Position numbers and translations under genes: made by a program. 64,000 nucleotides of DNA from Lytechinus pictus (lineage: Eukaryota). Each line of letters starts with the position of its first letter. Position 1 is the stretch's first letter. The stretch covers positions 17,670,001 through 17,734,000 of the forward strand of contig NC_087246.1 of assembly GCF_037042905.1 (NCBI RefSeq). The letters are read 5' to 3'. The notes under the pieces are model-generated. The model searched no databases and was not told the DNA's origin. It worked only from the letters and a program-made list of their open reading frames with translations. Below are positions 26,201 through 57,000 of this stretch, piece by piece.

Positions 26201-28593
26201 AACGATTGAGAAAATAATAATATGATGATGGTGATGTGATGTGATGACGGTGATGGTTATGATGGCAACAATGATAATGGTGATTGATAATTATGATGAT
26301 GGTTATTGTGGTGGAGATGACAGTGATGATGCCACTGTTGATTCTAATGAGGATGGTGATGATGGTGATTGTGGTGGAGATGACAGTGATGATGCCACTG
26401 TTGATTCTAATGAGGATGGTGATGATGGTGATTGTGGTGGAGATGACAGTGATGATGCCACTGTTGATTCTAATGAGGATGGTGATGATGGTGATTGTGG
26501 TGGAGATGACAGTGATGATGCCACTGTTGATTCTAATGAGGATGGTGATGATGGTGATTGTGGTGGAGATGACAGTGATGATGCCACTGTTGATTCTAAT
26601 GAGGATGGTGATGATGGTGATTGTGGTGGAGATGACAGTGATAACGCCACTGTTGATTCTAATGAGGATGGTGATGATTACAATCATGGTGATGATGATG
26701 ATGATAGTGTTTCTAGTTGTATGACATTGTGAACAATGTTATAAAATGAACCAAAAATTTACCAAAGAACATTTCATTTATTTTCCTAGATCTGTGGTGG
26801 TGGACCATCATTAAGTCTTTGGCATTTGAGATCACTCTCTCCTACCACTATTTTTGAAGCACCAAAATGTCAGCCACATGTAGTTCTTTATCATGATGAT
26901 GCTGTAAGTTCAACATCCGGTTCAATCCTAGCTCAGATATCAGAATAGTTATGTCAGTAAAAGCTAGCCATATATTGTTGAAATATTATGTCATTAGAAT
27001 TTTGTGGCCCATATTCTGAGCTCTGGTTTAACTTATATCATGATTTTATTCTGCTAAAATAATGGAAAGCTGAAAATTTGTTCAGATTGTTTATATTGTT
27101 TGTTTTTTCTTTGCTATTTTCTCATGCATGAAAGCATGTTTGCTGAGTTATACGTGTACATGTCATCTGTCTAAGGGCAATCATTTAGTGTTCATGTGAG
27201 AAAATATTTCAATTCTGTTTTAGTGATTATTTCTATTTAAACCATAACACTCGTCGATTTCATAAGAATTAATATATCATTACAAAGATTTTATTTTCAT
27301 GTCATTCTTCTGAGGTATTTTTACCTGTCTTATACTTCCTATTTTGATTTAATTGAATTGAAAAGGAATGGCAATGATAATGATAAGACTCTGTTCTTGT
27401 GAGGTGCATATCATGTTATCATCTAACATCTCGTTATATACTTTATATAAATGTCTCTATATCAATACCCTGGCTTTAGCTTGGTAGCCTCTTAAAACAA
27501 AAAAGCATTTCAAGGAATTAATTCCTGAACCCGGTACTTTGTAGTTGTGGTTCAAAGCCTTGTGACTTATACACTGGACCATATCACCTCTCCCGAAGAT
27601 GCTCCTGTAAACCTGTGAAGTCCAAATTCATTCTTTTGGGTTAATTTTTTGTTCCATTATATTGCTGTCAAGTTGCTTTTCATTTTATTTTGATCTAGGT
27701 AATATCAGCAGGGACGTCTCCAAATATCTATCACTGGCATGTGAATGGTGATTCTAAACTTACCACACCTTGTACAGCTATGGATGTGTATAGCGTGGTC
27801 ATCAACACAGAGTCAGAGGCTAATAAGGTAATACTCATCAGACCTCACTATTAAGGTTCTGATTTATATACATGTCATCTACATAAATACCTTACACATT
27901 TTATTAATTTGTTGGTGTGGACCATAGGCCAACTATTTCTCAAAATAAGAATGTATGAAAGGAGGAGAACCATAATTGTTTGCTGTATCAGAGTGGTGCC
28001 AGAGTTAGCACAAGAGATGCACTTCATCTCATCTTGGAATTAGTAAGCAGGGTTTTCAAAAGGTCATCTGTTAGTATGCGCTTACATTGCTCTATGTGCA
28101 TACAATCTGATCAAGTGTCTCATTTTTTAAAGGCTTTATCACTTGCAGTTACCATGATGATGGTCTGGACTATTTCCTGGCTGCTCTTGTGGAAATAGAT
28201 GTAGCCATATGAGTACCTGCTGCCTGGTTCCAAATAGTTATGTACATATAATAACCAGACAAATTCACGCTGATTCAATGGAACCTATTAGGTTTTCATT
28301 TGGCCATACCTGGGGTCACCAAGAACCAATTCATGTTTAATTTTGTGTTTGGATGTTTTTCATCATGCTCTATTGGAATATGAAAATGCTGAAATGCACC
28401 CATCAAGAAATGTCACATCTTGGTATGCTACTCTATGATGCCCGTCATTGTGATTTATCTCAAAACTTGCCAGTGTAAACACTGTTTCTTATATTTTTAT
28501 ATTATTCAGGTACTGTGTGCTTCAGGGGCAAGTTCCAAGATTGATGTCTACACAAACTTTGGTTACAAGGCATTCTCTTTGGACTTCTGCTGA
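13843..28593 (+). CDS. THOC6: THO complex subunit 6 (WD40-repeat TREX component), complete, 337 aa
   Basis: Exons 13843-13860, 17554-17669, 20358-20422, 20800-20851, 22136-22187, 22464-22550, 23135-23206, 23993-24095, 24743-24795, 25678-25746, 26790-26903, 27699-27827, 28510-28593. Total 1014 nt, all GT-AG, phases consistent. Motifs [68 protein letters not shown] and IDVYTNFGYKAFSLDF match THOC6. The 6-codon first exon (MALSYE|gtaatt) is the least certain part. Confidence 0.95.
14325..15087. mobile_element. Non-autonomous P-like (CATAG-terminus) DNA transposon in THOC6 intron 1
   Basis: Left end TAGTCTTGAGGACTCCATG..GATGATGTTTTTTTAATATTTTGACAT is inverted at the right end (ATGTCAAAATATAAAAAAAACATCATCATGGAGTCCTCAAGACTATG). 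A 7-bp direct repeat TGTTATC flanks it (14318-24, 15088-94). The superfamily call is an inference from the termini and TSD. Confidence 0.65.
15983..16934. mobile_element. Non-autonomous Tc1/mariner-type DNA transposon (952 bp) in THOC6 intron 1
   Basis: TIRs CAGTGCGTATAAAAAAAGTTTACACTTT ... AAATGTACACTTTTTTTGATACGCACTG, flanked by TA on both sides (15981-82, 16935-36). No transposase ORF. Confidence 0.85.
17804..19576. mobile_element. Head-to-tail dimer of a ~395-bp MITE (17804-18197 and 18199-19576), second copy interrupted by a HINE
   Basis: Each copy runs GAAGA(G/A)..TTG..AA.AGGG.TT.GGTCC ... GGAC.TA.CCCCTTTTGCAACTAAACTCTTC, and the internal sequences align. The dimer is flanked by ATAT (17800-03, 19577-80), a 4-bp TSD compatible with Sola-type elements (inference). 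Confidence 0.75.
18235..19195 (+). mobile_element. Helentron-associated interspersed element (HINE / DINE-1 / pearl-like) with an internal ~163-193-bp tandem array
   Basis: Subterminal IR GTCTCACCTGCAT (18237) / ATGCAGGTGAGAC (19161), 5' self-complementary motif, (GGC/GAC) microsatellite and five tandem units (anchors about 18371, 18564, 18727, 18890, 19052). It is inserted in a T-run with no TSD; the empty site GGTCCATTTTTCATCAAATTT is preserved in the sister MITE copy at 17831. Confidence 0.8.
19942..20100. mobile_element. Palindromic Harbinger-like MITE (159 bp)
   Basis: GGGGCCCGTTTCATAAAGGACT...AGTCCTTTATGAAACGGGCCCC with ~63-bp near-perfect arms around a CAGCCAATCAAAAT loop. Confidence 0.8.
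21433..21590. mobile_element. Second copy of the palindromic Harbinger-like MITE
   Basis: Near-identical to 19942-20100. Degenerate relatives at about 5700-5852, 29395-29470 and 53230-53400. Confidence 0.8.
23612..23925. repeat. Degenerate (CAT/AAT)n microsatellite, THOC6 intron 7
   Basis: Trinucleotide periodicity; lies upstream of the true exon 23993-24095. Confidence 0.9.
24905..25075 (-). mobile_element. Degenerate SINE fragment (family of 4075-4369); smaller pieces at about 5180-5240 and 27465-27540
   Basis: ACGCCATGGCTGGGGTTTGAAC, GAGTGCAGCACAATGT and TTACCCTGGCT match the reverse complement of the SINE head and core. Confidence 0.6.
26299..26680. repeat. 63-bp minisatellite, ~6 near-identical copies, inside a (GAT)n tract (about 25970-26705) in THOC6 intron 10
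   Basis: Unit GATTGTGGTGGAGATGACAGTGATGATGCCACTGTTGATTCTAATGAGGATGGTGATGATGGT, period 63. Confidence 0.95.
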
Positions 28594-31500
28594 TGAAAAC
28601 CATTCCTCACCTCTACCATCCATTGTATCATCAAGTTAAAAAATTGCTCATCAGCACACCGTCATGCTTTCTGACTGTAGCATTTTTTCTGGCTTGAGCT
28701 TACATTGAGGTTATTTTCTATTAACACTCGTCAATGGCAAGTTCGAAAATCACACATGAGCATACCAACATGTTTGCTGATTGGACCCCCTTTTTTTTCT
28801 GGCTTAAACTTGTGAAATTATTCTTATTTTGTCACTGTTGCCAGTTACTCAAACAAAGAGAAACAAAACAGAATATCATTTTACAGGTATTTGTAAAGAT
28901 TATTGGAAAACAATGTACTCCCCCTCCCCTAAAACATTCCTGTTTATATGGTCTTTTGTGCAGATGCCCATAATGTGTATGTTTGAATGTTTGCCATAGT
29001 AGTCAGCCCAGTAACCCAAAGATCATTGGCCCTTGATCCAGGGAAGTGGGAGTCCCCTGGGTAGTGCTTATTTTCATGCTTGAATACATCACATGTAATC
29101 AAATATGCAAATCAACTTTACAAACAGTCACCAAGCTATGTGCCATGAGCCAAATAGTTTTTCTCAATTAGACAAAATTCAGATTACTATTCAACAAAGT
29201 TCAGATTAAGTCTAAATTGTTACACAAAACCAATAGTCCTAGCTTGGGTGGGTATTCAGACCATGTGAAGATTGATCAAGTAGGTCTTATTGATTTAGCC
29301 ATAGAATAATTAGCTGAGCTGGGAATTGGACCAACTTGTATTAAATCAAGTGGCTCAATCTCCTGGCATTGTTGCATACAAGTAATACTTACTTTTCCAT
29401 TATGGTAATTTCCATGGATTCCTTATTTTGACTGCCAATGCTGGTTACCATGGTAGTTAGCACAATAGCAAAGTATTGTAATATCACGTCTTTATACAAG
29501 AGGACCAAGGTAATGTGTTTATCACACAGTAATTTTAGGGGGCTGGTGGGGCAGGGAATAGCACAATCAGATTTTAGAATCCAAACATTGGCTTGCACTT
29601 GTATTTAAAAAAGTTTGCTTTATTTAGCCGGGGGGGGGGGGGGGGGGAGGCAGGAGATTTCTTAGCCAAATTGGGGAACGTTTCATGAAGAGATTCATCA
29701 ATGATTCTACCAACATTTGTTATAAACTACTGAAAGCCTTGCATCTGATTGGCTAAGAGTAGTATTGTCGATCAAGATCACTGAAAAGATGCTTAATGAA
29801 AAGCTGGGAAGGTGTACTCCAACCTGAACACCCCCCCTCCAACATCCATACAGATTTTTACATTCATTACAGACATGATTACAAATTATATGGCAAGCGA
29901 GGTTTTGTGTGGTTCCAGACAGCACACTGGTGTTCAAAAAGACATTGGAACTTGCCAGTTATGTTCGTGTTGTACATGTTTATAGATCTGTGATTGTGAA
30001 GTCATGGGACTTTGCATTTTGTAATAAAGTTTATAAATAAGGAATAAGAACAAGAAGCAGACCCTTTTCTTCTCACAATGTCCACATGTATGTGTGATTA
30101 TGAGGGTGTGTGAGTTTTGCTTTTCTTGGGGAAGGGAGGAATCTTGATAGAAAGTGAAAATTTTAAGCATATCACATAAAAATAAATATATAAAGAGTGG
30201 TGAGATTGATAGTTAACAGATGCAGTAAGGGGTAGTTGAAGAGAGGGAGGGGGATGGTTTAATTAAAAGTCTGATGGGGAAGGGGTGACACAATGTGAGA
30301 GTACTTAGCATATAAACATTCAAGAAAGATGTGACTGGAAAGCAATAAATATGCAGTTAAGGAAAGTTTGTTGGGGAAGTAGGGCGATGCAATTTGAGAA
30401 ATTGATTGAGAGAGGGATTAGGTGTCGAGGCAGAGAGAAAGTATTAAAAGAAAGAAGAGGTGCTGAGAGTGATTTGGATGTAGTAAGGGAAAGTGAAATA
30501 GACGTTATCAAACGTGGTCGAGAAAGGGTGGGGTGAGGTTCTGAGGCATGGAGGCAAAATGATGAGAGTATTAAAGCAAGTGAGCTCTATTGAATGAAAT
30601 CCACACAGATATGAACTATAGGTTGTAAAGAAGCATAGATCAGATAAATGAGATGAGAAAGAGGGGAGTAAATGACAGATGTGTCGGGAGAGGAGGTGGG
30701 GTCGGTGAAAAGGCAAGTAATTAAATGAATACAGAGACAACGGGGGGGGGGGGGGGAAGGGTCATTATATTTACATGAAAGGAAGCTTACAATTACAGAT
30801 ATATTGTTTTGTTTATGAATACACTGTTTTTTTGTATTTCCTGATTATCAAAGTTCTAAATTATTACCAAATTATTAATGGAAGGTGATGGTCGTTTTAC
30901 GTTTAGCAGTTTTAATTGGTATAACACGTACTGATACAGAACACAAGTTAATACAATAGTTTTAAAATTGATTTCTTTTATCAAAATATTGTCACATGAA
31001 TTAAGTAAACTACATATATTTACAATCTCTTGATATAACACATTTAAGAGATGACGCACATTTTCACTGGTAGTTGAATATCATACTGATAGTTATATTT
31101 CAATCAATTAGAAATTAAAAAAAAAACGGGTCAAAAAATGGATCATAATAATATTGACTGTAATATATTAATTAATGCATAATTTAATCAATACAAGGTA
31201 AAATCTCTACAGTGTTAACGATAAAAGACTGTATTGAAGCAGTTGAGTAAATCATTAGTAATTTGGAAGCAAATCATTAAGTTAGATGTCCAATGGATTA
31301 ATTACTTACAATTTCCTGAAATTACGCATCTCGCTTATACCATTGATATTTAAAAATTCATGAAAAACAAGGTGTGAATTTACTTTACATAACATCTAAT
31401 AAATTATTAGAAAAAAATAAATGAATGAATATCGAAGAACAATAAATTTTGTCCTCGTAATTATTAACCAAAATTTTTTTTTAATACAAAATCCCAGGAA

Positions 31501-31663
31501 ATATAACCATTTACAGCATAATATGTTCTCATTTTTAAGCTAAGGTTTCAAATTACATCACGCATTTACACTAACATGAGGGAAAGAACTGTAGCACAAA
31601 AGTTATTATTATTTTGAAAATTACAACAATCATCAACTGCATTTTCTATAAACGATGGCATAA

Positions 31664-31992
31664 ACAGTGGCGGATCCAGGGGAGGGGGTCCTCGAGGAAA
31701 AAATTAATAATTTTTGGAAAAGACAATATAAATGTGAAAGGGGTGTGATTTAATAGTGTGATAATTTGGGAGAAAGATATCCCTTTTTGTCTCCTCCTCA
31801 TATGAGGGGAAAAGGAGACGTGTGAAGATTACAGGAAGAACAGTGTGAAAATAAGAGGTCTGAGTCGTGTAATTCTATATTACTCCTGCTTTATATTTTC
31901 GTTACAGGTCGTCCGCCCCCACTTTAAAATAAAACATCATGGCACCACCCCTGGACCCCCCCCCCTCATGGATCAATGCGGGATCCGCCGAG
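31664..31992. mobile_element. hAT-like MITE with GGCGGATCC termini (relative at about 7050)
   Basis: CAGTGGCGGATCCAGGGGAGGGGGTCC ... GGACCCCCCCCC...GGATCCGCC. Confidence 0.5.
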
Positions 31993-32736
31993 TTTGCTTT
32001 AATATAGGGGCGAGCGTTTTCACAATAAAAACATTGCAAAAATGTACAATTTAGATCATACTAAACATTATAATACGTCTCATAAATATTTGTATACATA
32101 TCAATATAACCACCACCTAAAATTCATTTAAATTCCTTTGAAAATCAGTCAAGCTCCTTAAAAACTAAAGAAAGTTCTATAAAACGTGTAAACAATAAAT
32201 ATGATCTTAAAATATTTAACCATCTTTGAACATCTTTGTTCATGTAAGCTGTATACATATAACACATTGATACATAATTATATGTTAAAATAATCTTACT
32301 CGTTCTTGAGAATAATTGAATATGACAGTGAAATGAGTAAATAATTACAAATGATAAAGTGGATAGAGGATGTCTTTAAAATTCTAATGAAAAATTAAAC
32401 ATAATGATTAACAAACAGAATCGATGTTTTCAGTTTTATATCATTTTAGCAATATAAGATGTAAAAGTAGCAGTCGAAACATTTTCGTCAGATCACACAT
32501 TCACCTTTCAGTTCATGACAAAAAGCAAAATTACATCGTGTAACGACGTTTACCCATCATGGATCGTTTACTTTATTTGTTATCAAAAAAATGACCTATC
32601 GTAAACTAATTTTATGATTGGTTGCATTTATTACTGTGTACAATCAGTCATAAAAAAAGTATTGTACGACGGACTGTCTTTTTTTTTAATGTTATGGTCC
32701 AATAGGTATCGGGGAATGAAACTCCCTCTTAATTAA

Positions 32737-33286
32737 AGGAAACCAAAACCCTAGAAGAGAAGCAATCTTATTGGAAGAGTAAAATGCGATGAGCAATCTA
32801 AAACTTGTTTTTATCAAAATCGGTTATAGAATAAGTGAGCTATGGAATTTTGAAAATTCTTGTTTAACTTTCTATGGGGATCCTCAAATTGGCAAACATG
32901 CTTCAAAATGGTTGATTTTGTGGACAACTCTCCATTAGTTTTGAACACAATTTTTCAGATTTTCCTCACTATCTTTCAAATTGCATCTTGCCTCCTTCTG
33001 AGCACAACATATGTCATGGGAAAATATAATTCACACCACATATGTCAAGGTCAGGAGGAGATAATATAAAATATGTAAAATAAAGGGGAAATCTGAAAAT
33101 TTGTGTACAAAACAAGCACGTTTGCCAATTTGAGGATCCCCATTGAAAGTACAACAAGACTTTTTAAACGTCCATAACTTGCTATAATTTCATAACCGAT
33201 TTTGGTGAAACTTGTTTTAAATTGTTCCTCTCATTTTATTCTTTTCAATAAAATTGTTTCTCTTCTTAATTGGGCTTTGGTTTCCT
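32737..33286. mobile_element. TTAA-flanked fold-back MITE (Kolobok-like)
   Basis: ttaa|AGGAAACCAAAACCC ... GGGCTTTGGTTTCCT|ttaa with long internal inverted arms (e.g. GGGGATCCTCAAATTGGCAAAC / GTTTGCCAATTTGAGGATCCCC). Confidence 0.75.
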
Positions 33287-33675
33287 TTAATTACAGGTTC
33301 AAGATGGGCTCATTAATTTTCTCAATTACAAAACATAGCTTTAATTTCAGATAATGCTTTACAAAACTAGTCCATGACTAGTCATTTCAAATCAAGGTTT
33401 ATTGTAATAATGATGACACGAAGTTTAGAAAGATTCCTAATAAAATGAGATATAAACCAGGAAGTTGCCGATTTGCTGAATTAAATATGTTGAAATTTAT
33501 GATCACTGCAAAAAGAAGAGGGGGGAAATAAAAAAACAAGATAAAATTTAAAAAAGGCTAATATTAGGAGTGAAAATTGATAAAGAGCTTTCATTAAAAA
33601 TAACCGTTTGTGAAACTATATTACAATCAGTGAAGTAATTCCTCAATTTCTTTAGGACTTAAACAATCAAGAATA

Positions 33676-51366
<17,691 letters not shown>

Positions 51367-53519
51367 AATATCCTTTGATTCAGAAAACGATCCCAGTCAA
51401 GAAAATACATTTAGTCAAACTCTATTGCTCCTAAATGATACCATCGCATACTTATTACCGAGAAGCGTCACTTATCTACTAGCTCATTCGATGAATTCTT
51501 TCAAGTGGGTTCAACTTTTCCTCAGATCATTGTCGAATTTCAGGGCTCGAAGGCACGGGAGCCGAAAATGTGTCGAAGTTTGATCTGCCTAACTGCAGTT
51601 GTCTTTCAGCGAAGATTAACTTGTAGCGCTGATGCAGAGCTGGTGTTTTTCTTGAGTCTAGGCCAGGTGCTCACGGCAGACTTTGCATGATATCTGTCAA
51701 TGCCTTTGAGAGCATCAATACTTGCCACTTCGGCACTTCCCTTCCTTCTCTGAACTTGTGAAGTGCGCAATTTCAACACATTTTTCATATCGGATGGGAC
51801 CAAGTGAGAAGATAGGGGCGTATATTTAGAAACGGAGAGTGAAGGTATCGGAAGCCAAGCAGTGAAAGAACAATACATATAATCTATTCTTTACCTGGAC
51901 TTCGATCCTTTGTAAAAAGCTTTCAGGTGATCAAACCGAGAGGCTAAAGAAAGACCATTATTAGTCAAATGACTGATTACGTAACATGTTCTACGAGGTG
52001 TGTCTCGGATTACCAATGAGTGGACAGGTTGTCTTCAAACACTCTCGATCCACCAATAAAGCACTTTGTACAATACGCTAAGAAATAACCAAAAAATATA
52101 TATGAAATTAAATATCGGTTGAACAATCGATGGGTATTAGAGAACTGAAGTCGAGGGAAGTTGAATTACGATACATTGCAAAAGACTGCAGTTTTATTGG
52201 AGCTAAATTATGTACGCATGAAGCTACTTCTTGTGAAAGTCATCATAAACAGTGACATTCTTCGCTCAAAAAACACTTTCATGACCGTGTGAGTTGAATA
52301 CCGTTTCTGCCGCGGGAACATGGTAAGTTCCCTGTATCGAGCGAATATTAATAGTTTTGACCTATTTCTGACGCATCTGATCAACCGCTGTTCGAATTTT
52401 TTACCCAAATACGATTCAAAAGCAACAAAGACAAAGATAAAATATATCGATAGAAATGAACAACGAGTCTCCCTGAATTTAATGATCGTGTAATTTGTTC
52501 ATAACAGATAATTTTACAATTAAACTAAAGTATGAAATATATCATTTAAATATGAAATTAGACAGTCTAAGACCTAATAGAGATATCATCAAGTTTCAGT
52601 AATCATAAAATATTTACTTAGTTTACTAAAATATGAAAAAAAAGTTTCAAACTATAGGCCTAGTTACAAAATGTTTGCCGGATGTTTATGCGAAATGAAA
52701 GAAGGGTTTCTTATTCCAAAGATTCGTTGAGTTAGAATAGTAGTGTAGGTGCATAAACCAACAAGTCTCCATTACTCTCATGCATAAAATGTATGAAGGT
52801 CTATGTCTGTGAAACTGTAACATATACCATCTATGAACTGTGGCGAATTCAGTGTTTTTGTTCGAGAAGTTAGTGATAAGCTCACGCTAATAAGTTCGGC
52901 ATGAAGTGATACATCACTATACGTGTTCGTTATTGGATGCAGCCAACTTGGGATTTCTGGATCAAAATTCACCAGGATAAACTGCGATTCTTATTCAAAA
53001 ATTCGAGAACTCAATTTAAAAAAAGAAATACCAAATGAAGTATTCGAATCTCTCTCCGTTTTTAAATTAACGAATATTTGGAATAGCAAACGTTATTCAA
53101 TATTTCGAAATAATAACCTTAAGTACAACAAACGAGAGAACCTTCGGAATAACGCACTATAACCCTTTATTTGATGGTAGAAAATATGTAATGTAAATAA
53201 TTAGAATAAAACAAATTATATCACGGACCCGTCCCTTAAATAACCTATGTTAGAACTTTGCCAAGATGGTGACTACTATTGAAACTTTGATTTTGATTAG
53301 CCGTTAAACCCTGCTCGTGGTAGTTACAATGATTAGTTACCAAACATGTAGTTTTAACAAAATTTACGTAGTTACAGCAACAATCATTTCTTCATGATAA
53401 AGTCTTTAAAATCATTGAATACCACCTCAAATGTTATTGGTCCACGGTTAAACCTCCTATAATATATAAGATTCGTAATGTTGAAAATGCTAATCTATAT
53501 AAGATTTGTGTTGTGAAAA

Positions 53520-53695
53520 ATGGTGACCCGGGTTCGATTCCCACTTTGTGCGCTAGTGCCCTTTGGAAAGGCATTAATTCTCATTACCAGGTCCCTCGGA
53601 GAGGACATTAAGCTGTCGGTCCTCTGGTTGCTTGCTTACAAGCATTCATGCTTTTTTAGCAATCAGGTAAAAAAATCACTACAATTATTAATAAG
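53520..53695 (+). mobile_element. Second tRNA-derived SINE family (partial), tail-to-tail with the 53705-53993 copy
   Basis: B-box GGTTCGATTCC followed by GTGCCCTTTGGAAAGGCA...GTCCCTCGGAGAGGACATTAAGC..CGGTCC. A related minus-strand copy lies at about 20510-20665. Confidence 0.7.
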
Positions 53696-53704
53696 TATTA
53701 AGGG

Positions 53705-53993
53705 CCATCGTCACCATAGGCATTTACATTAGCGCCATATATCTAGAAATAATCTCTTCCGAGGCGCATTGTTATAATTATTATTATTACCCCGGCTTTA
53801 GCTCGAGCAGCCTCTCAGCGCTCATGCATTCAAGGAATTAATCCTGCCAGGTACCCATTCACCCCACATGGGTCTAGTGCAGCTCAGTGTGGATAAATAC
53901 CTTGCTGAAGAAAAACATGCCATGGCTAGGATTCGAACCCACGACCCTCTGTTTGAAAGGCAAGGGTCAGAACCACTAAACCACGACGCGCCC
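53705..53993 (-). mobile_element. Full-length copy of the same SINE family (third tail type)
   Basis: Minus strand reads A-box TGGTTTAGTGG and perfect B-box GGTTCGAATCC, the same core (GGTGAATGGGTACCTGGCAGG...GCTAAAGCCGGGGTAATAATAA), then tail GCGCCTCGGAAGAG...GGCGCTAATGTAAATG. Confidence 0.85.
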
Positions 53994-54081
53994 ATCTTCA
54001 TGACTTGATCATTATACCATCATCATAAACGTCGTCGTTGTCAGCTATCATCAGAATCATCAGCTCCATCAACGATTTCTT

Positions 54082-57000
54082 TTATCTCTTTTCGTTGGAT
54101 GAGTGCCGTTTTAATCTCGCATCCACCAAGAGGAAAGTAGAAAATATCGCACAAGTTACCGAAAGGATGGCACCAGTCGACATGAAGGTAGTTTTGAAAG
54201 ATCCAAAGAGCTCATAGAAGAGACCTAATGACAATGAATGAGCAAAGTAAAATTGGGAAATAATGAATAATATATTAATTCGTGAACGACAGAAATAGTG
54301 ATTATGTGTCAGTATGTCCATTAATTGGCCTACACCAAGTCAGGTCTAAATCCACTCATCTACTTTCAGTTTGATCTCACCTCAAATTAATTTGTCTATC
54401 AGACTATACAACCAGTTCGTCTATTATGTCTATTTTCAATCATTTTGTCAAATTACCAGATAGTTATAAAGTTTAAGATATTTCTAATTAGCATAAAGCC
54501 TTTTCGTATAATATCCACTTTGTCAAACAACACTTAAAAAATATCAAATGAAATATTCATGACCAAAAGTTTTCATTTGAAAAATATCAAGCAGACGAAT
54601 TCGGGATTAGACAAAATAATGAAAATTAGAAGAGCAAGTGATAATTAACCAAATTGATAGTTTAGCCATGATGGTGATAGGCGATCGAGAATTAGACCGT
54701 CTGCTAGTATAGACCAAGTGGATAAAACCCGTAAAACTTAACACCACTTAACATAACACCACATCTACAAAAGAAGATGTTAAAAGAAGCCTTTGTAGAC
54801 ATGATGCGACAATTCTCAGCGACAAAGCATTTTTAGTTTACAAAGTAAAATGGCAATGATGCGTCTAAAAATTGAAGAATTATTTTTTCTTTCAGAATGG
54901 ATGTCCGAACACAAGCTATTTATCAATTATGATAAGACTGTATCAATGTTGATTGGGAATAACACCATGTTTAATAACAAGGTCACTTGAACTTGAAAAT
55001 AGGACATTATGTTATAAATCAGGTAAATCATATAAAATATTTAGGGATGATCATTGACTCCAAATTGAAATGGGACCTCCACCTAAACGGACTAATCAAG
55101 AAAATAGGGAAAATGGTAAGCTTTTTGGGCAGGTTAAGGCACTCACTAAACGAGTCCTATCTCAATATAATCTATCAATCAATTATTCTCCCTCATTTTG
55201 ATTACGCTGATACCGTATGGCAATCATGTCCAAACATCTTTCTGGACCAACTTCAAAAACTCCAAAATAGGGCTGGGCGCATAATTCTCGGAATAAGTCC
55301 CTACACTCACACATCTATATTCCAAATTCACGAACTGTTAGATTGGGAAACCCTGAAAACTAGGCGTAAAAAACACATGTATGTAATGTTGTATAAGATT
55401 TTTCATGATTTAGCTCCGAAATATTTACAAAATAATCTCGTTCACAAAGAAAGTATTTATGCCCTAAGAAATGTTGGAAATCTTGTATTGCCAAAACCAA
55501 AGACTAATTATTGTAAGCGGACATTTTCTTATCGTGGATCGAAAATATATAATGAACTCCCACTTAATCTTCGCAGACCCAACACACTCACTTTATTTAA
55601 AACTGACCTTGATAAATGGACAGAAACCTTTGATTTTTAAACTTTTGGTTGACCGGGGGGGGGGGTTAAGGTTTAAGGTATCCTTAGGAATATGAAAGGT
55701 TTAGGACTGTTATTGTGTAATTGTGTCTAATTATTATTATTTTGTTTACCACTTGCTTTTGTGTAGTATTTATTTTATTTTTTTTAAAATTAATAATATT
55801 TTAAATACGTGTTATCATCAATGTGTCATTATATATATATGTCATATTATTTCTCATGTTACTTTGACTGGACCTCTCGGAAGAACAGAGCCATTATATA
55901 AATGGCTCTGAATAGAGTGATCCATCCGTATATTTTTATGTGCATGTTTATATATTTATATTTAATATAATATATTGTGAAATGTATTTTATTGTGATTT
56001 TTATACGGTAAATAAAACCAAACCAAACCAAAAACATCTTTCTTCGCGATCAAACTCTAGAGAAGCATATATAAGATTATGGTAGATGATTTGGCTCAAC
56101 ATGGATGATCTGATCAATGCGATGCTCAAACATGTCAAAGTGGTTAAGTGAAAATGTGCCACGTTTCCTAATATCTGTTTAAGATATTAAACTCTTGTAG
56201 TCAAATAATATGACGAGGTAACAATGGAATATACCACTTTTGAATTGACGACTGATTAAACTGCTTAATTGTATTTTTCCCTTTGTTCCTCGATTCATTC
56301 AAAATGCTGTTTTATGACATTCATTGAACGATTATACAAAATATTTGTACCACGTGGTAAACACATTTCCAAAGAGTGTACATCTGCTTACCTGCAAGTG
56401 TTCCGGATAGCAGAAGCACTACCCCACTCGTCCAGAAAACGATCGACGCGGCGATGGGAAAGTCTGGATTGTTGTATCTTAAAGCTACAGCCGCATCAAA
56501 GGTGGATGTTGCCCCGTAAACTCCAAATCCAGCGAAAAATGAACAGAATAGAAGGTGATATATCGATGAGCTGATGGGATAGGCCAGTAGTGCGATTGAT
56601 GTGATAGCTGTGTTGACTGGAAACATGTGGGGTGCAAGGCGTGGGTGTTTGTAGAGAGTTCTCATGAGTATCAGCCGACCAATAATACCTCCTAAAGATC
56701 CCACTATTGGTAGATACACAGATTCGTTTTCATGCAAACCGATTGATACTCCATAAGACACAGAAAAGGTTATCCAAATGGCAAAGCCAACGTGGCTTAA
56801 TATATGACACGGGATGTACAGAAAGGTGAAGACGCGCTCCCTCCTCAGAAAATCCACAGCTAAAACGGATGAAAAAAATTCTACAATCAATGCCCTTGTG
56901 GCCTTCTTGAGCCGCCATTCAGAGCTTGACCCCTCGCTGTCCTTGAGACTATGTGCACCATCTTTGTTATGAAGAGAGATTTCATTTTTTCTGCTTGCTA

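Noticed and set aside
26199-26732. Four ORFs, including an Asp-rich repeat resembling an acidic biomineralisation protein
   Set aside because: A 63-bp tandem repeat open in several frames on both strands, with no signal peptide or credible exon structure, inside a THOC6 intron.
27697-28515. AG|GT starts of THOC6 exons 12 and 13 as recursive splice sites
   Set aside because: Explained by Val codons after phase-0 acceptors, and the introns are short.
30170-30760. Purine-rich stretch with short ORFs (also about 61140-61270)
   Set aside because: GA-rich low-complexity DNA with no splice or protein signal.
51505-51900. 90-aa and 61-aa ORFs upstream of the EGF gene, with a minus-strand donor at about 51895
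   Set aside because: No recognisable domain or supporting exon chain. More likely 5' UTR or promoter sequence.
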